Part shown: positions 1 through 11,689 of the stretch, piece by piece
Layout of the letters: every line of letters starts with the position of its first letter
Position numbering within the stretch: the first letter of the stretch is position 1
Source: Macrostomum lignano
Lineage: Eukaryota
Assembly (NCBI GenBank): GCA_002269645.1
Contig: NIVC01000100.1
Span: 620,001-684,000, forward strand
DNA: 64,000 nt
Direction: 5' to 3'
Program-made: the position numbers and the translations under genes
The notes under the pieces: model-generated
Told to the model about the DNA's origin: nothing
Databases searched by the model: none
Seen by the model: the letters and a program-made list of their open reading frames with translations, nothing else

Positions 1-3000
1 TCTCAGCTTCAGAGTTTCATGAACGATCTTCTGAGCCAGAGTTTGTGGATAATGAGTCTGGGTGAGGAGCGTGAAAAATTCTTCCTTATTGCCAGTATAA
101 ATTGACATTTTGTTCAAATTGAACAAATATATTGTATCCTGTACAAAGGGTATTGTGAATGGCCGTGGTAAAATTATTTTTCCGCATTTCCTGCACAGTC
201 TGCACAACTTGGCTCACTCAACGCCTCTACGGCCAAGTGCTGCTAGGAATTATCATGTGCCCACCACCAGTGTTGCGTCAGATGCTACTGAATTTTCAGA
301 TGACGATACTGGGTAAGTTATATTAATGGTTTTAATGGTATGCTTACGACTCGAAAGTGTACAAATACGTACAAATACGTACAAATTATTTGACTCAAAT
401 AAGAGTAGTGTGGGTAGTTTTATTGCCAATATGAAGCATATCCCGTCGTCAAATATGAGATATTATACTTATATTATACTAATTCGAATAATTTTAAAAC
501 CTATTTAACTTGAAACTTGTTAACTCTAACTCAAGTTCCATTTGCCTGGTTTTTAATTCTCATGTGTTCGCCTTTTACTCAATAGATCTGATACCGCATA
601 TAGGCCGGAACCTCAGGCGCATCAACTGGGCCGCATGAGACAGCCATGCCAGCACTGCAATGCCTTGCGTTGGAAGGGAGAGCCTCCAGGTCTCTGCTGT
701 TCATCCGGCAAGGTGAAGCTGCCCGCAAAGGCTGTGCCGCAGATTCTGCTGGACCTGTTTGTCGGGCGCCACCCTCGGAGCGGTGATTTTGTCGAAAACA
801 TCAGGAGCTACAACGCTGTGCTACACCTCACAACGATGAAGGCTAACCTGCGTCCGATGAGGGGCTACTGTCCCAACTTCATCCTCAGTGGAGAGCTGTT
901 CCACAACATCCCGCCTCTGCGTGCTGGAGATTCGGATGTACCTCATGGCTGGCAGGTGTACTTCACCGACAAGGAGCTGGAGAGTCGCCTGCAGCTTAGC
1001 AAGAAGGTGGAACGGGAGCTGCTGAACTTGCTGCAGGCTGTGTTGCATGACTGCAATGAATATGTTCGCAGTCTTAAGGCTACCGCCCAGAGGATTTCGG
1101 AGCAGCCTCAGCTAGGTGACGCTCGTATTGTGATTCATCCTGACCGCCGTCCGCCTGGCGAGCACATTCGGTGAGTCCAGGTGCTGGGTTCTCAATTTAT
1201 GAACAGTGACGGTGACGTTTATTCATTTTGTACAACAGGTGAATCCTGAGTTAAAGGAGTAATCTGTAAATAAATATATAAATATTTCACCGTTCAATTG
1301 CCTATTTTTCCGTGTAGTCGTACCTACTCTTGAGTCTACATTTGAATGAAAAAACTTTTGCTTCTAGACGCTTGCAAAGGCAGAAAAGTATCTTTCGCAC
1401 GCAAATTTCATTCCCCAGGAGGTACAATCTGCCTGAGGCAAACGAGGTTGGTATCCTCATTGTTGGCGACGTCTCGGATCAGGCGGTTACGTCACGAGAC
1501 GTAGTGATTGAGCTGCGGCATCCTGCCGATGGAACCCAAAGGCGTCCATTGTCAGTCTCGGTAACGCATCGAGCGTATGATCCACTTCAGTACGTGCTGT
1601 TCCTGCCATACGGAGAGGACGGCTGGCACCCGGAACTCCGGATGAACGGAGGCGGCAAGCTGACGCCTCGCAAGTACTACACTAGCGAGATTATGGTGCG
1701 ACCCGGCCAGTTTAATTTGCTTCATTACGGCCGCCGCCTGTTGCAGCAGTACCTGGTTGACCAGTGCGCAAAAATTGAAGGCGAGAGACTGACTTATCTC
1801 CGCACCCACCAGGACGATCTCCGCAGCGAGACCTACAGCGGCCTGCGGGACGCGTTGTTTGCTGCTGATGGAGTGCGAAATGATGCCGACCCAAAATCAG
1901 TTGGGAAGCAAGTGTTTCTCTCCTCCAGCTTTGTGGGAGGGCCCCGCTATATGATGGAGCGACTCCAGGATGCGATGGCCTACGTGCACAAATTCGGCAA
2001 GCCGGATCTGTTCGTGACGGCCACATGCAACACCAGATGGCAAGAGATCACAGACGAGCTGCTGCCCGGACAGAAGCCTGAGGACCGGCCGGACATTGTC
2101 AGCCGCGTGTTCCAGCTTAAGAAGAAGGCTCTGATGGACAGGCTGAAGAAGAGATTTGGAACTGTGGTTGCGCACATTTGTTCGCTGGAATACCAGAAGC
2201 GCAGTGAGCCAGTCAGTCCTTTTTTGCTGACCTCATTATTTAGTATTTCGGAATTTCTGTCTTTAGCCATTTTTAGTTCGTAGCTTACATGGTTAATTTA
2301 CTTTTTGAATTTAACTTTGATCCGTATTTTGAGCCTAAATATTTTGTTTGAATTTTCTAGGCATAAATGGGATGCTAATATTTTGGATTTTTACCAAATC
2401 ATAATTTTCACATCGTTTACCAAACACTCTTCTGTGTATTCAGCTCACTGATCTGTATATTCTACCCAGGTCTGCCGCACGTGCACATTCTTCTTTGGAT
2501 GGTGAGCGGGAACCGCGTGACTCCGGACCGATACGACGAGATTGTCTGTGCAGAGATCCCGGATCCTCGGACTCAGCCATTACTGCACGAGCTGGTAAAG
2601 ACACATATGATTCACGGGCCGTGCGGGACAGTGAATCCGAACTGTGTCTGCATGGAGGGCGGAAGATGCACCAAGAACTTTCCGAAGGAATATCTGTCGG
2701 CCACTCTGGTTAATGACTTCGGCTATCCGCACTACAGACGGCGATCCCCGGAAATGGGAGGATTCGTAGTGGACAAGCCGTTCAGAGGCCGAAGCGTTCG
2801 AATGGACAATCGGTGAGTCAGCAAGGCATCTTGCAAGGAACTAAGCTTGCATGAGTGCTCACTTTTACTATTGGCTTCTCTGATCTCACTCACTCACTCA
2901 CTGACTCAATCACTCACTGACTCACTCACTCACTGACTCACTCACTCAGTCATTCACTCACACCTTTTGCCCCGTCGTTCACTCACTCTTTTATTTGTAT

Positions 3001-6000
3001 TTTCAGCCACTATATACCCAGTTTTCTGCTCCTGAAAACTCTCCAGGTTTGTTGTGCCCTACAATCCTAGCCTGCTGCTGGAATTCGAATGCCACATGAA
3101 CGTAGAAATCTGTGCCTCGGTGAAATCAGTTAAGTACATAATTAAGTACTTATTGAAAGGCGGTGATATGGCATCCTTTCGGGTGACACAGGCGAATGGC
3201 TCCGCACAGTCCGAGCAGTCGGCAGCCAGCGAGGCGCCGCAGGCTGGGAAACAGCGAGACCAAGGTGCAGCAGTTGCGCAAGCACGCGATGAAATTGCGG
3301 AATACCTGTCTGCTCGGTACATTGGTCCAATGGAGGCAGTTAATACTATCCTGGGCTTCGAAGTAAGTGCAGAGAATTTATTTTTAAATTGTCAATGGTA
3401 TTCTTCCATGCCTATTTTTTCATGCGTGAGCATGTATTTGTTCATTCCATTTAATCTGATGCGTCTGTGGCCCTTTAAATTAAAGAGAAAATCAGTTCTA
3501 AAATTCCGCTTTCTACCAGGTCCACAACAGATCCCCAGCCGTCATTCGCCTGTGCGTGCACAATCGCAATGAGCAGCTGGTTTACTTCAACGAAGCAACC
3601 GCGAGCGCAAGGGCGAGGGCGCCAAAAGATTCTACATTGACGGCTTTCTTCAAGCTATGTCGCACTGATGAGTTTGCTCGCAGACTGCTCTATACGGAAG
3701 TGCCGTCTTACTTCACGTGGCACCAGAGCGCCAGGGAGTGGCGTCGCGCCAAGCGCGGTGCCGAAGTTGAAGGACATCCGGGCGTGAGGCGGAGCACCAA
3801 CATCTCTCGAATGTACACCGTGTCTCCGAGAGCTGGCGACCTGTTCTTCACGCGTCTTTTGCTGCTGCACGTGAGGGGACCGACCAGCTATGAGGCACTG
3901 CGGACCGTGGACGGCGTGCTGTTTGCTGATTCGAAAGCTGCGTGCATGGCTTTGGGTCTGCTGCAGCGAGATGATCACTGGCAGAGGTGCCTAGCGGAGG
4001 CTGTGCAGTCACGGATGCCGCGAGCTCTGAGGCACTTGCTGGCAGTCATCCTCATTTGGGGTGAACCTTATGACGGCGAAAATCTGTGGCGCAGCTTTGC
4101 CGATGACCTGTGCGAAGATCTGCGTTATTATCACCCGGAGCTGAGCGTCGAGGAGGTGACCGACTTGGCGCTGCGCGAGGTGCAGGACATGCTGACAGCC
4201 ATGGGCGGCTTCAGCTTGCAAGAGTACGGACTGCCTACGGCCTCTGCTGCAACCCAAGTAGGGCTGCTGCAGTTCGACCTGGTCGAGCAGGCTGAGATCG
4301 CCGAGATGCGAGTTCCACAGCTGACCGAAGAGCAACGGGTTGTGTTCGACTCCATCACTGCGGATCTGACCACTGGCACTGGCGGTCTGCACTTTGTAGA
4401 TGCGCCGGCAGGAACCGGAAAGACATTTCTTCTGGAGGTGCTGCTGGCTTTCGTACGCAGCAGGCGAGAAGTCGCCATTGCTGTCGCAGCATCCGGCATC
4501 GCTGCCACCCTGCTGCCTGGCGGAAAGACGGCGCACTCGACGTGAGTTTATTTGACAAAAATATGGAAACAAAACACAAAACAGCTTCATGTAGTACGAG
4601 TATGCAGTAATGTATGTCTCACATTACATAAATCTGCCTTCTTGGATAGATAAAATAGCATTCAATTTTCACTTACAGTTCAACAGGATTCCTTTTTTTG
4701 TAAATTTTGCTGCTGGATGTGATTGTATTAGAAAATTGTTTGAAACCTGCATAATTTGAATTGAAACTTCCTGGCTGTCCAGGTTCGGTATTCCGGTTCG
4801 CCTGGTGCGCTCAGACAGGGACGTCTGCAGTGTCGGCGCTCAGTCGCAGAAGGCTGCCTTTCTCAGGAGCGACCGCCTCATTGTCTGGGACGAGATATCC
4901 ATGACCCACCGGAAGGACTTGGAATCCGTCGACAGGACCCTGCGTGACGTCCGGAAGCAAAATTCTCTCTTTGGAGGAGTGGTGCTGGTGTGCGCTGGGG
5001 ACTTCCGCCAGCTGCTTCCAGTTGTGAAGAATGGCACCAGGGCTAACAATGTTGAGGCCTGCGTCAGCAGATCCGGCTTGTGGCAGTCGTTCCGGCGGGC
5101 ACCGCCTGACAAGGAACATCCGGTTGCTAAGCAGTTCTGATGATGCGCTGTCTCAACGGTATTCGCATATGCTGATGCAGGTGTGTTTGAGGGTAGTAAT
5201 CATATATGTTAGTTGGTTTCTTGTGTTTCTCCTGTGACATTTCCTTCTTCTATTTATTCTGTTTTCCTCCTTGTCGGATATCATCGTTAATTTTGCTTGG
5301 TGATAATAGATACGGCATGATATAGATAGATACCCTCCGTCTTCAGATCGGTTCTGGCACTACCGAGTACGACTCAGAGGGGGGAATCTCCCTTCCTTCG
5401 GAGATCCTGCTGCCGCCAGACGCCTCACTGGGAGACCTGATCGAGTTCGTCTATCCCTCGTTCGAAGCATCCGAGGTCAGAGACAGTTTCTTTGCGACCC
5501 GTGCGATCTTGGCGCCGTACAACGACTCGGTTGACGCAATCAACGATCAGTGTCTGGCGATGTTTCCCGGCAGCCAGCGCGAGTACCGGTCGATTGACAG
5601 CGTGCCCGATGAGGACTCGGCCACCCACTTCCCGCCGGAACTGCTCAACCGGTTGGACGCACCGAACTTGCCAAAGCACCAGCTCAGGGTCAAAGTGGGC
5701 ATGCCGGTGGTCCTGCTGCGGAACATCAACCCGCCTCGGCTGTGCAACGGCACCCGGCTCATCGTCCTGGCACTAGGAGACAATGTACTGCGCTGCAAAG
5801 TGGCGGCCGGCCAGTACGTAGGCGATGAAATACTGCTGCCTCGGATCCCGCTCGTGCCAAACAACGCAGACTTGCCAATTCGCTTCAAGCGGCTACAGTT
5901 TCCGATCAAGGCCAGTTTCTGCCTGACTATTCACAAGTCGCAGGGCCAGTCGCTGGAGACCGTCGGCATCGACCTGGCTGATGGCTGCTTTGCCCACGGG

Positions 6001-6111
6001 CAGCTTTACACGGCGTTGTCTCGGGCCAAAGATGCTGCCAATGTTCGCGTCCGCATTTCCGGTAATAAGACGCGTAACATCGTGTACCCAGAGGTGCTTT
6101 CTAGAGATTAA
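1..6111 (+). mobile_element. Helitron (autonomous-type, Rep + PIF1 helicase); 5' end lies upstream of the window and 3' terminus is not resolved
   Basis: Zn-like CQHC..CC N-terminus, HUH Rep motifs (PDLFVTATCN; EYQKRxLPHVHILL; YIIKYLLK) and PIF1 motifs (DAPAGTGKTF, DEISM, GDFRQLLPV, TIHKSQGQSL, QLYTALSR) in order on one strand. Confidence 0.95.
1..6111 (+). CDS. Spliced Helitron RepHel protein. Exons <1-61, 199-312, 586-1170, 1419-2203, 2470-2812, 3047-3362, 3520-4541, 4783-5180, 5347-6111; one +1 frameshift at 5097-5099
   Basis: Eight GT..AG introns (62-198, 313-585, 1171-1418, 2204-2469, 2813-3046, 3363-3519, 4542-4782, 5181-5346) each join flanking exons in frame. The last six restore conserved motifs (EHIR|RYNLP, QKR|xLPH, DNR|FVVPYN, GFE|VHNRSP, TAHST|FGIP, LMQ|IGSG). 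The first two introns rest on frame and splice consensus only. Stop TAA 6109-6111, AATAAA at 6121. Confidence 0.88.
2886..2961. repeat. (CACT)n microsatellite inside Helitron intron 5
   Basis: Direct reading of CACT/GACT tetranucleotide runs. Confidence 0.9.
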
Positions 6112-7336
6112 GAGACCCTTAATAAAGACGTGCCAGTTAGCCGCCTTTAGACCAGTTAATAGAACACTAGCCCTCTAATCGACTGACCAGTTACGAGCTA
6201 ATGAGCCTCTTAATTAGGGGCAAGTTGGTGAGTAGATAAGAGACCAATTGATGTGTTGCTTTAGAAGGCAGTCAGCCAGCATTATTCCTGAGACTTTCTA
6301 TACTTAATCTGTTTTTTAAATTAAAAATTACAGTTGTTTCCGCTTGTATCTGCTGCTGTTTTTTCTTTTCCCTTTGTATTGAATCGATAAGTGATTTTAC
6401 TTACTTATTACTCAAAAAAGCATAGATATTTTGGCTTCTTAAAGTGAGTCCACATATTGAATTTTATTTACAAACATTGGCCCAGTTATATTAGCACGAT
6501 TTTTAGTAGCGTTTTTCATTATTTCGATGTTGGTGACTGCCTTGACAACTAGCAGCAAGCATTATCTGTATTAAAAGTGCAGTATATTTTCGATATCAAC
6601 TTCATGGCAGTGCATGTTATTACAGCAGTTTATGTTTAATAGTCTAAAATATTTACAAGGTCGATTTCGATTAAAAACAATCTAATATAGCACTTTTCGT
6701 ACAATCGGATTGCTTGCTGTTGCATCAGGGAAGGGCCTCCCTCTCGGTTATCAAGAAACCCTGATGAACAGAAGTCAAGGCAAAAGGAAGCAGACAACTG
6801 GCATTTTCTGTGACAGTGGCTAACCTGAAAAATTATCTCAAACAATTTTACTGCCCGTATAAACTTCACTGCTTAAATTAAAAACTCTGCCAAATAGCCA
6901 TGCGATTGATTGTCTGCTTCTGAGTCACAACGAGAGGGAATTGAGTTCTTTTTAGGAAGCTATCAATGTCAAAAGGCCTAGCTTCCTTCTCAAACCTTCT
7001 GAAGTACACTCGTTTATAAATACTTTATTATTCGCTAAATGAGAATAACTTGGCTATCCATTTCCTATTGCCAATTAGAAATAGGAGGTTGGGGCCTAAA
7101 AAAATTCGGTGCTCATTATTTTCGTACTTTTGTCCCAGGTGAATTGACATTGCACAGTCACCAACATTGAGGAATGTAAAATTTTAGAGCTTTTTAGAGC
7201 TCTCAGTAAAATTGGTATTAAAACTGTTTAGAGATTTCCTACTGCGGAACTCCTTGGGGATTAGTAGCATTTGCTCAGCGACTGTGCAAAACTACTTATA
7301 GACAAGCGCTAAACTACTAAGAAGCCACCCGGAGGG

Positions 7337-7611
7337 GGCCAGTCGCTGGTGACCGTTGGCATCGAACTGACTGACGGCTGCTTCGCCTACGGCCAACTGT
7401 ATACTGCGCTGTCTCGAGCAAAAGATACTGCCAATGTTCGTGTTCGGATATCAGGCAATCGAACGAGAAACATTGTGTACCCAGAGGTGCTTTCTGATGA
7501 TTAGGCTGCTCAACATTGTAATTGCCTCGAGTTTTTTTAATAATCCTCGACGCTTTTAATAATTTGGAATCTTGAGTAAGCTTGAGCCGAGTGGCTATAC
7601 ATAATACGTAG
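7337..7611 (+). mobile_element. 5'-truncated 3' tail of a second, diverged Helitron (last 55 aa of helicase plus putative 3' end)
   Basis: 7337-7504 translates GQSLVTVGIELTDGCFAYGQLYTALSRAKDTANVRVRISGNRTRNIVYPEVLSDD*, matching 5944-6111. Small hairpin AGCC-GAGT-GGCT at 7585-7596 lies 11 nt before GTAG|T (CTAG-like). Confidence 0.85.
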
Positions 7612-7619
7612 TGCGTGCT

Positions 7620-8600
7620 ATCTAAACGCTCAGCCTTCGACAATATTTTGCTGATGTAGTGCACTGGACGACCCTCCTGGCTCAGAATTCCTCCCAGGGC
7701 CTTCTGCGAAGCATCGAACTCGAGCTCCACAGGCCGATCTGGATCATAGGCCGTTAGCTGCGCAGCTCTAGATATTGAAGCTTTGGGGTTTCCCAGCGCC
7801 TTGCTCTGTTTCGGTCCCCACTCGAAGGGTACATTTTTTTGCTTCAGCTGCATCAGCGGAGCAGTCAGGTCACCTAAATTCTGAATGAACCGTGAGCAAA
7901 ATGCCACTAAGCCCAGGAATGATTCTAGCTCAGCCAGGTTTTTAGGCGCTTCCATGTCTTTAATTGCACGAACTTTTTCTTCGTCTGGGTAAATGTTGCC
8001 GTTTTCGAGTATGTGGCCCAAAAACCGAATCCTGCTTTGATTCCGCTGGCACTTCTTATTTACACGAAGTCCCTCTGCTTCCAGCCGCTGCAGAACCTCC
8101 TCCTCTCTTGACAACAGCTCGTCCTCGTTCTTTCCACCGATCAACACATCATCTATGTAGGCTATAGATCCATTAATTCCCTGAATTACTTCTGAGATAT
8201 ATCTTTGGAAAATGGACGGCGCCGTTTTTATCCCGAACACTAGTCTGTTATATTGGTAATTCCCAAATGGTGTTGACATCACTGTTAGCGGCTTTGATCC
8301 GGCATCCAGCTCGATTTGATTGTAGGTTTTCTCCAAGTCGAGCAGTGTGTGTCGCTTGCAGCCAGATACTACTGAAAACGCCTCTTCCGGAGTCGGCATC
8401 GGGTAGCTGTCAGGTACCAATTGCGGGTTTAGAGTCCTTTTGTAATCCACGCAGAGCCGAATTCCTCCACGTTGTTTCGGCACGACCACAATAGGCGATG
8501 CCCACTCTGCGAAACGTACAGGCTCTATGATTTCCTCCTGGAGCAATCGATCTATCTCTCTCGAACAGCTTCACGTTAGGCAGAAGGCAGCGGCCTTGCC
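7620..8600 (-). pseudogene. pol: Gypsy (Mag-like) pol: reverse transcriptase and partial RNase H; integrase absent
   Basis: EWASPIVVVPK, LCVDYK, YIDDVL, FLGH and DASQKALGGILSQ motifs. A stop and a frameshift lie just upstream of the RT; homology is lost near 7620. Confidence 0.9.
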
Positions 8601-8699
8601 TTTATGTGATTCGGTGTCGCGCCCGCCTTTAACTCTAGATGCGCTTTCATAGATGCACAAGGTGCCGCCTCTCCCACAGCCTGACTTGATTCCAGATGG

Positions 8700-8990
8700 A
8701 CACAAGGCACGTCCCTTCCAAGAAGAGCGTAGCTCTTGTTCACTTTCACAACTTCAAATTGATTGACCGAAATTTGCCTTCGATATCAACAGTTGCTTCA
8801 TACCTTCCCAATACATGAAATGTATGGTCACTCGCATAGCCTCCCAGCTTTACGTCCGAAGGTCTTAGAGTTGGGCGACCAAGTTGGTTCCACAAGGCTT
8901 CTGACAAGATCGACACTCCAGCTCCCGTATCGAGCTCGAAACGGATGGGATGCCCTCTGTTTGCTTCGAGAATCTTCACCGTGATAGCAA
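8700..8990 (-). pseudogene. Gypsy aspartic protease (frameshifted)
   Basis: FELDTGAGVS catalytic motif; LLGRD motif follows in a shifted frame near 8715-8730. Confidence 0.85.
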
Positions 8991-9024
8991 TCGGCTATCG
9001 AGGCTGCTGTCGCTGACAACACCT

Positions 9025-10197
9025 TCAGGCTTCCGCCGCGAAAATGTTTCCACTCCCAGCTACATGTTGTACAGAATTTCCGCCTGATGTCCTGCTTTTA
9101 CTCTCACCATTTCTGCAGACCTTCGCAAAATGATTAGGCTTACCGCACTTATTGCAACTTTTCCCAAACGGGGGGCACTGCATCCTGGCATGTGCGCGTC
9201 GACACTTTTGACACGCCTTCTCGAGACCCTTTCCGTGAGTCTGATTGCTCTTCTTTTCGACGGTTCTAGGCGGTTCTAGTTGTACAGAATTTCCGCCTGA
9301 TGTCCTGCTTTTACTCTCACCATTTCTGCAGACCTTCGCAAAATGATTAGGCTTACCACACTTATTGCAACTTTTCCCAAACGGGGGGCACTGCATCCTG
9401 GCATGTGCGCGTCGACACTTTTGACACGCCTTCTCGAGACCCTTTCCGTGAGTCTGATTGCTCTTCTTTTCGACGGCTCTAGGCTTCGATAAATCGACCT
9501 TTAGGATGGACCCAGCATCAGTTTTTGGTGCACTCTTCATAATAGGAGTCTCCAACAGACTTGCATGCGCTTCTGCTTCGCTAGCTGCGTCCTTAAAACT
9601 GAGCTTCTTGTGATCTTTGACGATAAGCTTCCTAATAATGCCTTGGTTGTTTCGGCCGCAAATGAACTGATCACGCAGTCTTTCGTCCTTGTTTTGAAAC
9701 TCACAATTTTCTGCCGCTTTGATCAATCGCTCGGAGAACACTCGCACTGTTTTGTTTGGTTCTCGTCTTTTACTTTGAAAATTGAATCTTTCGGCAAGGA
9801 CGTACGTTTTGGGCAGCATTATTTCCTCCAGCGCTGTTTTCAGCTCGTCGAATTTCTTATCTCCAGGCTTTTTGGGCGCCAGATAGTCCGCCAGTTTTTC
9901 AAACAGCTGCGGTGCGAGTCTCAAAAGCAGCACCTGAGCCTTGTCGGTCGCGCTCCAGTTGAAGAACTTCGACGCGATCTCGAGGCGATCCATCCATCGC
10001 TCCAGGCTAGAGTTCTCGTCCAATCGCTCTATTTCGGCCATTCTCGACGTTGGACGGCTGCTTTGGTTCGACAAAGTCGCATCCTGTGAGAGCATGCTCG
10101 GAGCTATTGCTGCAATCTTCACTGTAGACTTCACTGGTGTCTTACCAGGTACTTTTCCTGGTGACTTCGACATATCTCGCAAGTTGACTAAGTCCAA
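9025..10197 (-). CDS. gag: Gypsy gag with four CCHC-type zinc knuckles (two duplicated pairs); first ATG at 10173
   Basis: LRDQFICG capsid-type motif; CQKCRRAHARMQC and CNKCGKPNHFAKVC each occur twice. Confidence 0.88.
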   Translation of the reverse strand: MDLVNLRDMSKSPGKVPGKTPVKSTVKIAAIAPSMLSQDATLSNQSSRPTSRMAEIERLDENSSLERWMDRLEIASKFFNWSATDKAQVLLLRLAPQLFEKLADYLAPKKPGDKKFDELKTALEEIMLPKTYVLAERFNFQSKRREPNKTVRVFSERLIKAAENCEFQNKDERLRDQFICGRNNQGIIRKLIVKDHKKLSFKDAASEAEAHASLLETPIMKSAPKTDAGSILKVDLSKPRAVEKKSNQTHGKGLEKACQKCRRAHARMQCPPFGKSCNKCGKPNHFAKVCRNGESKSRTSGGNSVQLEPPRTVEKKSNQTHGKGLEKACQKCRRAHARMQCPPFGKSCNKCGKPNHFAKVCRNGESKSRTSGGNSVQHVAGSGNIFAAEA

Positions 10198-10200
10198 AAG

Positions 10201-10212
10201 CTTGCGACGCCA
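10201..10212 (-). promoter_or_regulatory. Putative primer-binding site of the Gypsy element, next to a putative LTR end at 10214
   Basis: Minus strand reads ...TAGCA-G-TGGCGTCGCAAG directly upstream of gag. The TGG start is complementary to a tRNA CCA end. The other LTR boundary is not resolved. Confidence 0.5.
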
Positions 10213-10609
10213 CTGCTATGTATGCACTAAGGAGACTGAGTCATTCGGTCGTTGTCAGACGATTGCGAGAGTTTTGTACTCATATATTTCAGAGCGCTCA
10301 CGCCAAGCGTCTTCTAGGCCTCTTGGCTTTCTTTAATTTCTGCTCTGATGTACATTATAAAATAAAATTACTGTGGTGGTTCCCAGGTGTCTATGGCCCT
10401 GAGCCCACACACAGCATTTTCAGTATTCTCACAGTATTCTCTCAATGTTTAACAGCGCTTGTTGCCAAACGTTCTGCCAAAAAGTCTGCCAGCTGGCAGA
10501 AAAAGCGTTGCGCCAATATTTTGGCAATTGGAAAGAAAAGCCGCCTCCCCACTTGGTGGTCTTTCGTGCTATGAACTGACTAAAAAACTAACCCTTGCTA
10601 CAGCTGCTC

Positions 10610-10910
10610 CTGCTGCAGCTGCTACTGCTGCAGCTGTTAGTGCGCCGACTGCCCGTGCGGCAGCTACTCCAGCTGCGGCTGCTCCTGCCGTCCCGACTGC
10701 TCCTGCCGTCCCGACTGCTCCTGCCGTCCCGACTGCTCCTGCCGTCCCGAGTGCTCCTGCCGTCCCGACTGTTCCTGCCGTCCCGAGTGCTCCTGCCGTC
10801 CCGACTGCTCCTGCCGTCCCGACGTCTGCTGCTGCTGCTGCTGCTTCTCATAATTCTGGGACTGGGGCTGGGGCTGGGGCTGGGGCTGGGGCTAGGGCTG
10901 TGGCTGGGGG
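10610..10910. repeat. GC-rich minisatellite: 18-bp GCTCCTGCCGTCCCGACT units plus (GCT)n and (GGGGCT)n
   Basis: Direct reading. Confidence 0.9.
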
Positions 10911-10959
10911 TAGGTGCGTTGTGCAATAGTGTTGGGCACTGTATTGATTAGCGATTCTA

Positions 10960-11165
10960 GAGGTGGTTTATGACCGATTCTAGGGGTGGTTTTGACCGAG
11001 TCTAGGGGTGGTTTATGACCGAGTCTAGGGGTGGTTTATGACCGATTCTAGGGGTGGTTTATGAGCGACTCCAGGGGTGGTTTATTAGCAATTCTAGGGG
11101 TGGTTTATTAGCGATTCTAGTGGTGGTTTATGACGATTATAAAGATGGTTTATGAGCGATTCTAG
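10960..11165. repeat. ~23-bp tandem repeat TCTAGGGGTGGTTTATGACCGAG
   Basis: Direct reading, about 8-9 degenerate units. Confidence 0.85.
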
Positions 11166-11689
11166 GAAGTGGTTCATTCATTCTGTTGACTCCGTTTTGC
11201 GTTCCCACTTGAATTAAAATTGAAATATTGAAATGTTTTTATGCTCTAAATATATAAAGCATCTTTAATTGTTTACCAAGGAAAACTTGATAACTCAGGA
11301 CCGGAAACGAGCCAATTCATGGCGAAAAAAGTATGAGGCTCGTTTAAAAGCATTGTTCTATGGCCCATCCGTATGCGCATGCTTTCAGTTGCCAATGTAT
11401 ACGCGTATCATATTTGACTTTTTGATAGGCAGTCAGAAGGCGGGTGCAGGGTCGGTTTTCTTGAATGTTGAAGTTTGATTGCATAAAGTAACCGTCGTGA
11501 AAATACACAATGGGTAAGCTGTACATGCAGCACATGTATAAGGAAACTCGAGAAAAATTTACGATTTTTTCTTTATCTGAACTACAAACAGAGAGGAAAA
11601 TAGCTCGTAACAGTCACAGAACGGGACAAGAGCTGACCATGATAAATAGTGAAGTGTTTGCTCCAGGTTCGCTCACTGTCCACTCAGCT

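Noticed and set aside
6167-6170. CTAG after the Helitron stop codon as its 3' terminus
   Set aside because: No GC-rich hairpin upstream, and it is followed by C rather than T.
10459-10951. Ala/Pro-rich, Ser/Arg-rich and Leu-rich overlapping ORFs
   Set aside because: All derive from a GC-rich VNTR that is open in several frames.
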